Program-made: the position numbers and the translations under genes | In this document: piece by piece, positions 1-7,459 of the stretch | Position numbering within the stretch: position 1 is the stretch's first letter | How the letters are laid out: each line of letters starts with the position of its first letter | The notes under the pieces: generated by a model | What the model saw: only the letters and a program-made list of their open reading frames with translations | Database searches by the model: none | Told to the model about the DNA's origin: nothing | From: Solirubrobacterales bacterium | GTDB lineage: Bacteria; Actinomycetota; Thermoleophilia; Solirubrobacterales; 70-9 | Length of the DNA stretch: 64,000 nt | Direction of reading: 5' to 3' | Assembly (NCBI GenBank): GCA_035688955.1 | Contig: DASSMJ010000017.1 | Coordinates: 14,061 to 78,060, forward strand

Positions 1-73
1 CCCGAGGGCATCGTCATCGGCCTGGCCGAAGCGCTCCGCTGAACCGCTGGTTCGATGACCGCCGTAGCCGGTC

Positions 74-448
74 GTGCTAACTTACAACCAGATGGTTGTA
101 GGTAAGAAACAGACCCACGACGACGAAGAGGCCACCGACCTGCTGTTCGCGGCGCTGTCGGACCCGATTCGCCGCGCCATCCTCCGCCGCGCCCACGAGG
201 GCCGGCTCTCGGTCTCGGCCCTGGCCCGCGAACACCCGATCAGCGTGACGGCGATGCAGAAGCACGTCGCCGTCCTGGAGCGGGCCGAACTGGTGAGCAA
301 GCACCGGGTCGGTCGCGAGTCGATCGTCCGCACCAAGGCCGACGCCCTCGCGCGCGCCCGCGCCGCGCTCGACCGCCTCGAGGCGGACTGGCGTGACCGG
401 ATCGAGCGGATGGACCAGATCCTCGACACCGACAAAGGAGATACCTGA
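74..448 (+). CDS. ArsR/SmtB-family winged-helix transcriptional regulator
   Basis: 124-aa ORF with the typical ArsR HTH stretch LFAALSDPIRRAILRRA...LSVSALAREHPISVTAMQKHVAVLERAELV. Its stop overlaps the start of the next gene (TGATG), giving the classic ArsR + AHSA1/SRPBCC pair. Confidence 0.85.
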   Translation: MLTYNQMVVGKKQTHDDEEATDLLFAALSDPIRRAILRRAHEGRLSVSALAREHPISVTAMQKHVAVLERAELVSKHRVGRESIVRTKADALARARAALDRLEADWRDRIERMDQILDTDKGDT

Positions 449-954
449 TGCCCGTTATCGACGTAGACAAGGACATCGACGCCCTGACCATGACGATCAC
501 GGCCGAGTTCGATGCCGATGCCGAGCGCCTCTGGCAGCTATGGGCGGACCCGCGCCAGCTGGAGCGCTGGTGGAGCCCGCCGTCCCATTCCTCCACCTTC
601 GTCGAGCACGAGCTCACTCCCGGCGCGCGCACCACCTACTTCATGACCGGCCCCGACGGTGAGAAACACCACGGCCGCTGGCTGGTCGAGGAGGTCGACC
701 CGCCCCACCGCCTGCGGATCAAGGACGACGAGGTCGACGACGAAGGCAACCCCGAGGACGGCGGCCCCTCCGCGATAACCGTGACGATCGCCGAGGCCGA
801 CGGCACTGCAACCATGTCAGTCCAAACCCACTTCGCCGACCGCGACGCGATGGAACAGACGATCGAGATGGGCTTCGAGCAAGGCATGATCGAAACCCTC
901 GGCCAGATCGACCCCCTTCTCGGCGCGGCAAAGGGCCTGACGAAAGGACGATGA
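448..954 (+). CDS. SRPBCC / AHSA1 (Aha1-like) domain protein
   Basis: 168 aa. The motif ERLWQLWADPRQLERWWSPP is typical of the activator-of-Hsp90-ATPase-homolog-like SRPBCC family. Translationally coupled to the ArsR gene. Confidence 0.8.
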   Translation: MPVIDVDKDIDALTMTITAEFDADAERLWQLWADPRQLERWWSPPSHSSTFVEHELTPGARTTYFMTGPDGEKHHGRWLVEEVDPPHRLRIKDDEVDDEGNPEDGGPSAITVTIAEADGTATMSVQTHFADRDAMEQTIEMGFEQGMIETLGQIDPLLGAAKGLTKGR

Positions 955-1577
955 CCGGGATGCGCAAGCTCCAGACGCAGGGTGTCCACCACATCACCCT
1001 CACCGGCGCGGACCGCCAAACCTCGATCGACTTCTGGGAGGGCCTGCTCGGGATGCCGTTCGTCTTCGAGCAGCCCAACCTGGACCGCCCCGAGGAGAGC
1101 CACCTCTATTTCGACCCGGGCGACGGGCGGCTGATCACGATCTTCACCAACGAGGACCGTGTGCCCGACCCATCCCCGCGGTCGCAGGACACCGGCCACG
1201 TCCATCACATCGCCTTCGCCCTCTCGAACGCGACCTTCCGCCAGACCGTCGAGCGGCTCGACGAGCGCGGCATCGAGCACAGTGGCGTCAAGGACCGGGG
1301 CTTCATGGACTCGATCTACTTCCGCGACCCCCTCGGCCTGCTGATCGAGCTGGCCTCCTACCGCTTCGAACCCCCCACCGGCCACACCCACGCCGACGTA
1401 CTCCTAGAGGCCCACCTGATCCGCACCGAGCGCGACGATTACAACATCGCCCCCGAGCACCTCGCCGACGCCATCGAGCGGCTCGTCGCCCGTTCGCAGC
1501 GCTCCCTATCCGAGGATCGCGCCCCCCGCGACCCCTACGTTCACCCCCGGCCGGACGCGCCCGGAGAGACCGACTAG
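951..1577 (+). CDS. VOC/glyoxalase-family ring-cleaving dioxygenase-like protein
   Basis: 208 aa. GVHHITLTG...SIDFWEGLLGMPFVFEQ...HLYFDPGDG...HHIAFA...GFMDSIYFRDPLGLLIELAS matches the two-module glyoxalase/bleomycin-resistance/dioxygenase fold. ATGA overlap with the upstream gene. Confidence 0.8.
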   Translation: MTGMRKLQTQGVHHITLTGADRQTSIDFWEGLLGMPFVFEQPNLDRPEESHLYFDPGDGRLITIFTNEDRVPDPSPRSQDTGHVHHIAFALSNATFRQTVERLDERGIEHSGVKDRGFMDSIYFRDPLGLLIELASYRFEPPTGHTHADVLLEAHLIRTERDDYNIAPEHLADAIERLVARSQRSLSEDRAPRDPYVHPRPDAPGETD

Positions 1578-1813
1578 GAAACCTTCAAGTGAGGGCGATC
1601 GCAGCGCCTGCCGTCCTTGGTGAGGACGATCCAGTCGTTTTTGCCAGCGTCTCGCAGCCAAGCCTCGTCGGCGAGAAGCTGGGCGCGCTCCTCTCCGTAT
1701 ATGTCGGCCATCGAATAGATCGTGAGCCCGGCATCGCGAAGACCCTTGACAATGCTCTTACCGAGGCTGCGGTCAACAAAGAATTCGGCCGGCTTCTCTC
1801 TCGGACGAGACAT
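1574..1813 (-). CDS. DUF5615-like (Mut7-C/PIN-like) small protein, probably truncated
   Basis: 79 aa. FFVDRSLGKSIVKGLRDAGLTIYSMADIYG...WIVLTKDGR resembles the N-terminal two thirds of DUF5615 PIN-like toxin-type proteins. It is shorter than I expect and no DUF433-type partner is present. The start lies 9 nt from the tRNA-fragment repeat. Confidence 0.45.
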   Translation of the reverse strand: MSRPREKPAEFFVDRSLGKSIVKGLRDAGLTIYSMADIYGEERAQLLADEAWLRDAGKNDWIVLTKDGRRCDRPHLKVS

Positions 1814-1822
1814 CGCCGCGCC

Positions 1823-1872
<50 letters not shown>

Positions 1873-1988
1873 ACCTGGCGGTCGGCTGAACTACGTGGAA
1901 CTAGGTTTCAAGCGGTTTTCAGGGAATCGAGCTACGTGGAGATCGGCTGGAATCGGTGGGGCATGTTGCCCCATTCGTTGCCCCAGGA

Positions 1989-2372
1989 CTACACCGACGA
2001 AGCCGCCACAACGGAAACGTCGTCGTGGGCAATCGCCCCGCCTTTCTGAGCTCGCGCGGTCACCAGTGCCGGCTTGCGATCCGCGGGTGCCACGTCCAGC
2101 ACGAACTCGATCCCCAGACTTCGGACAGCGTTGATGATCGTGTCGATCTCCGGGTTGTGCTCCCCGGACTCGAGCTTGACGACGCGCGGCTGCGAGACGC
2201 CCAGCTTCTTCGCCAGGGCCCTCTGGCTCAGTTTGTGCTCAGCGCGATAGCGCAGCAGCGTCGCCGCGAACTCCCGGGCAGGAGCAAGCCTCTGCCACTC
2301 TGCTCGAAAGCTCGGGTCGGCAAGCTGCTCCTCGGCCACAAGGGCATCGAAACTCTTGTCTGGGCTCTTCAT
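1989..2372 (-). CDS. XRE-family HTH protein, HigA-like antitoxin candidate
   Basis: 127 aa. LRYRAEHKLSQRALAKKLGVSQPRVVKLESGEHNPEIDTIINAVRSLG is a Cro/C1 (XRE) HTH. It sits immediately downstream of a small RelE/HigB/Gp49-like ORF, in toxin-first order. Confidence 0.7.
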   Translation of the reverse strand: MKSPDKSFDALVAEEQLADPSFRAEWQRLAPAREFAATLLRYRAEHKLSQRALAKKLGVSQPRVVKLESGEHNPEIDTIINAVRSLGIEFVLDVAPADRKPALVTARAQKGGAIAHDDVSVVAASSV

Positions 2373-2383
2373 TGCTGACTCAT

Positions 2384-2401
2384 GATAATAAATTTATTAT
2401 C
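2384..2401. promoter_or_regulatory. 18-bp perfect AT-rich palindrome GATAATAAATTTATTATC between toxin and antitoxin ORFs
   Basis: Read directly from the sequence. It is the only strongly AT-rich stretch in the neighbourhood and lies in the 33-nt gap between the toxin stop (2406) and the antitoxin start (2372). Candidate operator or internal promoter. Confidence 0.4.
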
Positions 2402-2405
2402 GGAG

Positions 2406-2738
2406 TCAACTGCGACGCTTCAAACGAGCACCCGCTGCCACCACCGCTCGATCGAAGTCTTTCTTCTTCGCCGCTACCGCCAGGACGACGAACAGATCGC
2501 CGAACCGCGCATAGATCGGCCGAGCCTCACAAGCGCCCTGCTTCGGCCGTAACTCAAACAGGTTGGCCTCACCCTTCAGCGACTTCATATGCGGTGACGG
2601 CAGATCGGGACCGAGATCTTTCAGCTTCTGCACCACATTGAAGACCGCCTTGCGGTCTCCGCGCGACTTCACGTCCTCGAAGTCGATGACCGCGTCGCTG
2701 GCGAAGTCCACGATCCAATTTTTTGGCTGCATCGCCAT
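2406..2738 (-). CDS. RelE/HigB/Gp49-like (DUF891-type) toxin candidate
   Basis: 110 aa. The size, KLKDLGPDLPSPHMKSLKG..NLFELRPKQG...RPIYARFGDLFVVLAVAAKKKDF and the position upstream of an XRE HTH gene fit phage-Gp49/HigB-type toxins. Confidence 0.6.
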   Translation of the reverse strand: MAMQPKNWIVDFASDAVIDFEDVKSRGDRKAVFNVVQKLKDLGPDLPSPHMKSLKGEANLFELRPKQGACEARPIYARFGDLFVVLAVAAKKKDFDRAVVAAGARLKRRS

Positions 2739-2855
2739 TCCGGCGACAATAACCTTCGGCGCGGACTAAATGTTTTGTCTACAGAGATACTGGGTTGTGC
2801 GAGAACCTGCGACGGTCGAGGCCCGTGAGGCTTGAGTTTGAGAGTCGTGATGGTC

Positions 2856-4655
2856 CTACGTTGATTGGTCCTCGCTACCAGCACCCTCGCCGAGCATTTC
2901 ACTGACCAGTGCCGTCACCTCCTCTTGGCGCGTCGGCTCGTCGCCTGGCACCGTTGCGTCGACCCCCCAACGCTCGAAAAACCAGACGAGGTTCGCTCGC
3001 GCCAGAAGTGCTAGGGGGCCATATTGCGCTAGCGCCACTGTCCAGTCATGAGCGGCCTCGTCTCGCTGGCCGTACTTCCACCGACAGATTGCGGCATACG
3101 TGGTGGCGAACATCTCGCGCTCGTCTCTTCGCCCGACGATCGCGATCCAGTCGTAGAAGGCCATTGCCCTTGCCCAGTTGCTTGCCTCGGTTGCCTTCCA
3201 CGCACGCTTCCAGTAGCGCTTGCGGATTCGTTGAAAGCGCCACTCCAAAAATCGTGCTCGTATCTGGTTGCCGGCTACGCGATGGGCGTCCACAGCATTG
3301 GCGTAAAGGATGGGCGAGAGCGGGATCCAGCGCAACCACCGCCACGGCCTCCGCCCCACCCGCCTCAGCTGCAACCGCGGTCTCGCTCTAATCGTCCGCG
3401 AGTACCACTCTGCTGCATCCTTGCCTGCCGCCTGTTCAGCATCGCGGTTCTGTTCCTCCCAAGCCTTCTCGACCCCACGCCAAGACCGGAGCGCTGCTGC
3501 ACGACGGACGTACCACTGCTTTCCATACCGGGCCTGAGACCGGAGGAGCTCTTCTAGGAGCTCATCCGCCTCACAACGCTCCTCCTCGCTGGCCCCGCCA
3601 AAATCAAGCGCGGCAAAAAGGTTGTAGGTGGTTTGGTCACGGAGTGGATCTGCGTCGTTCCTTCGCGCCAGCCGGAGCGCTGCGATTTGTTCATCGCGGT
3701 CAGCTAGGTCAGGCGCACCACCAACAGCTGCCACTCGATTCGCCCTATCAAGAAGAAGGTGGGCGAAGCCACGCAACAGCTCGGGCGAGGGGTTGAGCCC
3801 TTCCACCCGGGCGCGCAGGAAGTTAATAGCCTCGTCGATTTCGTCCTCGGCCGCCATCGCACGAGCAAGAGCCAGACGCAACTCATCGATTTGTGGATTA
3901 GTACTCTCGCCGGCGATCTCAAGCGCATCTCTGAGTGGCTTCATCGCCTCCTTGAAAACCCCGAAGGCAACGGCCGCTCGCCCCAAGATCCCGCGAAGGA
4001 GGGCCTCGAGGTCACGACAGAACTCCAGCGGAAACTCCTCATCATGCACACCGATCTGTGGAGTAAGGCTGCTAACAAATGGACCGAAGCGAGGATTTGC
4101 CGGGGTTCGATCCCGGGTGAACCAGTCAATGTGCGTCGTCGAGTCGAAAGCGGGCTCGAGGATCCGTGGATAGATGGACCAGTTCCCGTCGGGACGCGAG
4201 GCGATCCGCCCGTGCAGAACGAACATACCCCGTAGTCGCTTGCGGGTGCGCTCGGCAAGAGCTTGCTGGTCGGACCCAATCGTTAGAGCCAAAGGCTGCA
4301 CAAGATCCAGCAGCTCAGCAGGTAGGTGTGACCGAAGGGTGTCGACCACGATTCGCTGTGCTTCCTCCGCCCGACCCTTCGCGTTGGCGCCCTCATAAAA
4401 AAGCGCCACCACCAAGGAGTGACGACAGCGTCGCCTTGCCGCGAACCAGCGCAATCCACCAGCGAGCGCTATGAGTGCCAGAACTGCTGCGCTCACCGAA
4501 ACTTCGAACTTGGGCGCAGTGAGGGCCAGCACCGCCAGCACTATCCCCGCCAACCACCACAACAATGGCGCTAGGCGGAAATGGAATGCCCACATTCTCG
4601 TCCCAATTCGCTCAAGAGCGCCAATCATCGGACCCACGCTAACCCACTGGACCAC
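2856..4655 (-). CDS. Hypothetical 599-aa protein: two N-terminal TM helices plus a long alpha-helical (TPR-like) Arg/Trp-rich region (islet gene B)
   Basis: Longest ORF at this locus, GTG start preceded by GAGAGGAA. Hydrophobic helices LAPLLWWLAGIVLAVLALTA and VSAAVLALIALAGGL are present. The rest is helix-forming, repeat-like sequence with no family I can name. Codon usage and G+C are visibly different from the flanks. Confidence 0.6.
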   Translation of the reverse strand: MVQWVSVGPMIGALERIGTRMWAFHFRLAPLLWWLAGIVLAVLALTAPKFEVSVSAAVLALIALAGGLRWFAARRRCRHSLVVALFYEGANAKGRAEEAQRIVVDTLRSHLPAELLDLVQPLALTIGSDQQALAERTRKRLRGMFVLHGRIASRPDGNWSIYPRILEPAFDSTTHIDWFTRDRTPANPRFGPFVSSLTPQIGVHDEEFPLEFCRDLEALLRGILGRAAVAFGVFKEAMKPLRDALEIAGESTNPQIDELRLALARAMAAEDEIDEAINFLRARVEGLNPSPELLRGFAHLLLDRANRVAAVGGAPDLADRDEQIAALRLARRNDADPLRDQTTYNLFAALDFGGASEEERCEADELLEELLRSQARYGKQWYVRRAAALRSWRGVEKAWEEQNRDAEQAAGKDAAEWYSRTIRARPRLQLRRVGRRPWRWLRWIPLSPILYANAVDAHRVAGNQIRARFLEWRFQRIRKRYWKRAWKATEASNWARAMAFYDWIAIVGRRDEREMFATTYAAICRWKYGQRDEAAHDWTVALAQYGPLALLARANLVWFFERWGVDATVPGDEPTRQEEVTALVSEMLGEGAGSEDQST

Positions 4656-4683
4656 TTCCTCTCTGTGGGCGCAGCGGCATCAG

Positions 4684-5943
4684 CTAAGGCTGCCGCTCAA
4701 ACTGCAAGAACGTCTTTATCCAGTCCGTGCGCTCATCCGGACTGAGCGCCTTGCCGATCCAGCGCGCAAAGTTTCCGGTCGCAACCTTCGAGTCGTATGC
4801 CTCTCCGGCGGTGGCCTTCTGGCCTTCATGGACAATCCGATTTCGCAGCCGATAGCAATCGGCATGCCAGCGCCCCGGGGCTGAGGATTCGTCGGCGAGC
4901 GTGAGATCCTCGTCGAGGAATTGGGGAAGAAGTTGGGTTAGCTGGTTCTTGAATGGTGCTGCCAGCACGCCTCCCAACTTGTCCGGATCGCGCTCAAGGC
5001 ACACCCAAAGCACTCGGAAGATCGTGTTCACGAGCACCTCGGTCGCGGTACACGCCGCAATCACCGATTGGTCGTACCGCCCAGCCCCCAGATGGTGCTC
5101 TGCTGCCTGGTACAGCTCGACAAACTGAAAAAAGGGCGCTCGACCAGCGCCGGCCTCATGAACTGCCTCGATCGCGTAGACAAGTTCCTCCTCAGAGCGC
5201 TCCTCGGGCAGGTCGTCACGAATGGTTGCGTGCACATCAAGCGTCCCACTCGGCCCGGTCCAGCCTTCCGGAGCTGGGAAGAGATTCAGTTTCCACGGCG
5301 TCTCCCGCGGGAGATCGATTCGCGACAGCGTCGAGATGTGCCACTCGTCGCGTAGTCCCGTGAGGATTACGACGTATCTGTTCAGGAAGAGCAGGGCCTC
5401 ATCAAGGCGTCGCGACAACCATTCGAGTACGTCGTGTCGAAAGTGCTCGTCATCGGCCTCTTCCTTGCCAAGCGGCGTTTCGCCTACGAGCTCATAAATC
5501 GTAATTTGGACAACACTCCGCAGTTCATCGGCTCCGCGAGCCGTGACTCCGCGAGGACCATTCGGTTGCTTCACGTTCTTCCAGTCCGGAAAGGCGCGTT
5601 CGGCCGCGAGAAGAGGAACCCAACCGTCGACTCGAGTCTGCTTCACCTCGACACGAAAGCGCGGCCGCAGATCGTCCTCCGGCACTGGCGCTGCCATCCC
5701 GACCATGTGGCCGATTGCGTCGGGATTCCAGCCAGGCCAGCTCCCCCCGCGATCACTCACCAAGAAGATAAGGCCATCAATCCGCAAGCAATGAGGAAGT
5801 TCAAGCAAGAAGGTCAGGCCAGAGATTTGCTCTACATCCGGATCGGGATCAATTCGATCAGGATCAAATTGGCGCGGCTTCAGTTCTTCCATCACTGCTT
5901 CTCTCGGACCTCGTGTTGCCCCAGGCGTTGCCCCAGAAGCCAT
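4684..5943 (-). CDS. Hypothetical 419-aa protein with a C-terminal HEPN-like domain (islet gene A)
   Basis: Longest ORF at this locus. The C-terminal region has YQAAEHHLGAGRYDQSVIAACTATEVLVN ... CYRLRNRIVHEG, an R-x4-H HEPN-type signature (R367..H372 = nt 4828..4845). The N-terminal ~270 aa are unrecognised. The start is uncertain: 5943, or the ATG at 5892. Confidence 0.6.
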   Translation of the reverse strand: MASGATPGATRGPREAVMEELKPRQFDPDRIDPDPDVEQISGLTFLLELPHCLRIDGLIFLVSDRGGSWPGWNPDAIGHMVGMAAPVPEDDLRPRFRVEVKQTRVDGWVPLLAAERAFPDWKNVKQPNGPRGVTARGADELRSVVQITIYELVGETPLGKEEADDEHFRHDVLEWLSRRLDEALLFLNRYVVILTGLRDEWHISTLSRIDLPRETPWKLNLFPAPEGWTGPSGTLDVHATIRDDLPEERSEEELVYAIEAVHEAGAGRAPFFQFVELYQAAEHHLGAGRYDQSVIAACTATEVLVNTIFRVLWVCLERDPDKLGGVLAAPFKNQLTQLLPQFLDEDLTLADESSAPGRWHADCYRLRNRIVHEGQKATAGEAYDSKVATGNFARWIGKALSPDERTDWIKTFLQFERQP

Positions 5944-5977
5944 TTTGCGGCCTATTGTCTACGTCCTCAGAAATGCG

Positions 5978-6001
5978 AAAACCCCGCATTTGCGGGGTTT
6001 T
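5978..6001 (-). terminator. Intrinsic terminator hairpin directly downstream of tRNA-fMet (bidirectional in form)
   Basis: AAAACCCCGC-ATTT-GCGGGGTTTT: a 10-bp stem with a 4-nt loop, flanked by an A-run and a T-run. It starts 8 nt after the tRNA 3' end on the minus strand. Confidence 0.6.
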
Positions 6002-6008
6002 CGTCCTA

Positions 6009-6082
<74 letters not shown>

Positions 6083-6193
6083 GCGGACTAAGGATGGTAG
6101 CAATGCGGCGGGGGTGGTGGGTGGGGTTGGAGCTTGGTTGACGGGGGGATTGCGCAGGGGGCTTTGGGGGTGGGGGCGGTCTAGAGTGGCCGG

Positions 6194-7132
6194 ATGCAAG
6201 CGGGGCGAAAGCGGGTTGCGGTGGTAGATATCGGGACCAACTCGACGCGGTTGCTGGTGGCGGATGTGGAGGGGGGTCGGGTTTCGCCGCTGGACCGGCG
6301 GAGCACGGTGACTCGGCTGGGGCGGGGCGTGGATCTCTCTGGGCGCTTGGCCAGTGAGGCGATCGAGGACGTCTGCTCGGCGATCGCGGAGTACCTCGGG
6401 GTGATCGAGGAGTTGGAGGCCGAGACGGTGGATGCGATCGCGACCAGCGCGGTCCGGGACGCCGACAACGGCAGCGCCTTCATCGCCGAGCTGCGGGAGC
6501 GGTTCGCGCTCTCGGCCCGCGTCCTCGACGGCGAGGAGGAGGCTCGCTCCACCTACCTCGGCGCCACCTCGGAGGCACCGCCCAGCGAGCCCACTCTGGT
6601 CGTCGACATCGGTGGCGGCTCGACCGAGCTGATCGTCGGCACCGGCAGCGAGATCTCCTTCCACGACTCCCTCCAGGCCGGCGTCGTCCGCCACAGCGAG
6701 CGCCACATCGCCAACGACCCGCCCGCCGCCAGTGAGCTGGAAGCGCTGGCGACGGATGTGCGCGGCCTGATCGAGGAGTCGGTCGGCGCCGGCGTCGAGG
6801 CCAGCCGGGGCATCGCTGTCGCCGGCACCCCGACCTCCCTCGCCGCCGTCGAGATGGAGCTCGAGCCCTACGACCCCGCCCGGGTCCACGGCCACGTCCT
6901 CGCCCTCCCCTCGATCCAGCGCATGCTCTCGCGCCTCGCCTCGGTACCGCTCGCCGAGCGGATCGAGATCCCCGGCTTGCACCCCGACCGCGCCCCGACG
7001 ATCGTCGCCGGCGTGGTCATCCTGATCGAGACGATGCGAGCCTTCGACCTCGAGGAAATCGCCGTCTCCGAGCACGACATCCTCTACGGCACTGCAATCT
7101 CCGCCAGTCGTAAAAATCCTTCGATTTACTAG
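6194..7132 (+). CDS. ppx: Ppx/GppA-family exopolyphosphatase / pppGpp phosphohydrolase
   Basis: 312 aa. VAVVDIGTNSTRLLVADV... and LVVDIGGGSTELIVG are the two ASKHA-fold phosphate-binding motifs typical of Ppx/GppA. Confidence 0.85.
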   Translation: MQAGRKRVAVVDIGTNSTRLLVADVEGGRVSPLDRRSTVTRLGRGVDLSGRLASEAIEDVCSAIAEYLGVIEELEAETVDAIATSAVRDADNGSAFIAELRERFALSARVLDGEEEARSTYLGATSEAPPSEPTLVVDIGGGSTELIVGTGSEISFHDSLQAGVVRHSERHIANDPPAASELEALATDVRGLIEESVGAGVEASRGIAVAGTPTSLAAVEMELEPYDPARVHGHVLALPSIQRMLSRLASVPLAERIEIPGLHPDRAPTIVAGVVILIETMRAFDLEEIAVSEHDILYGTAISASRKNPSIY

Positions 7133-7423
7133 CTGTACAGGGTGTCTTTTAGGGCTCGGCCAAAAGGGCCACTGCCCATACCAAAGCCCTAAAAGCAAGT
7201 AGCGTGGCCTAGACGATTTTCAGTAGCCGCTGCACTGCCTGGGTAGCAATAAAGGACACGCGGGTACATACTTAAGACACCGGGGACGAAGTGGGGTGCG
7301 CCTCACCTTTGCCACCCGGATATAGGGCTTAGGCGATTGCCGCATCATGGCGCCTCCCGCCGTCTGGGCCCACCAAATAAAGGTCCCTGAAGACGTACCC
7401 CTGCCCGTCCTGAGGGGCCGATC

Positions 7424-7459
7424 GAATCGGCCGTCAGCGATGACGGCCGATTCTTTTAT
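7424..7459 (+). terminator. Rho-independent terminator (plus-strand orientation)
   Basis: GAATCGGCCGTCA-GCGA-TGACGGCCGATTC (13-bp stem) followed by TTTTAT. It ends a 347-nt lower-GC intergenic region. Confidence 0.6.

Noticed and set aside
1873-1890. Possible extension of the tRNA homology beyond 1872 (ACCTGGC is shared with the tRNA D-arm region after a 6-nt gap).
   Set aside because: It is only a 7-nt match after an arbitrary gap, the sequences then diverge completely, and no D-arm or 5' acceptor strand is present. I treat it as chance, so the copy is a 3'-half fragment and not a second tRNA gene.
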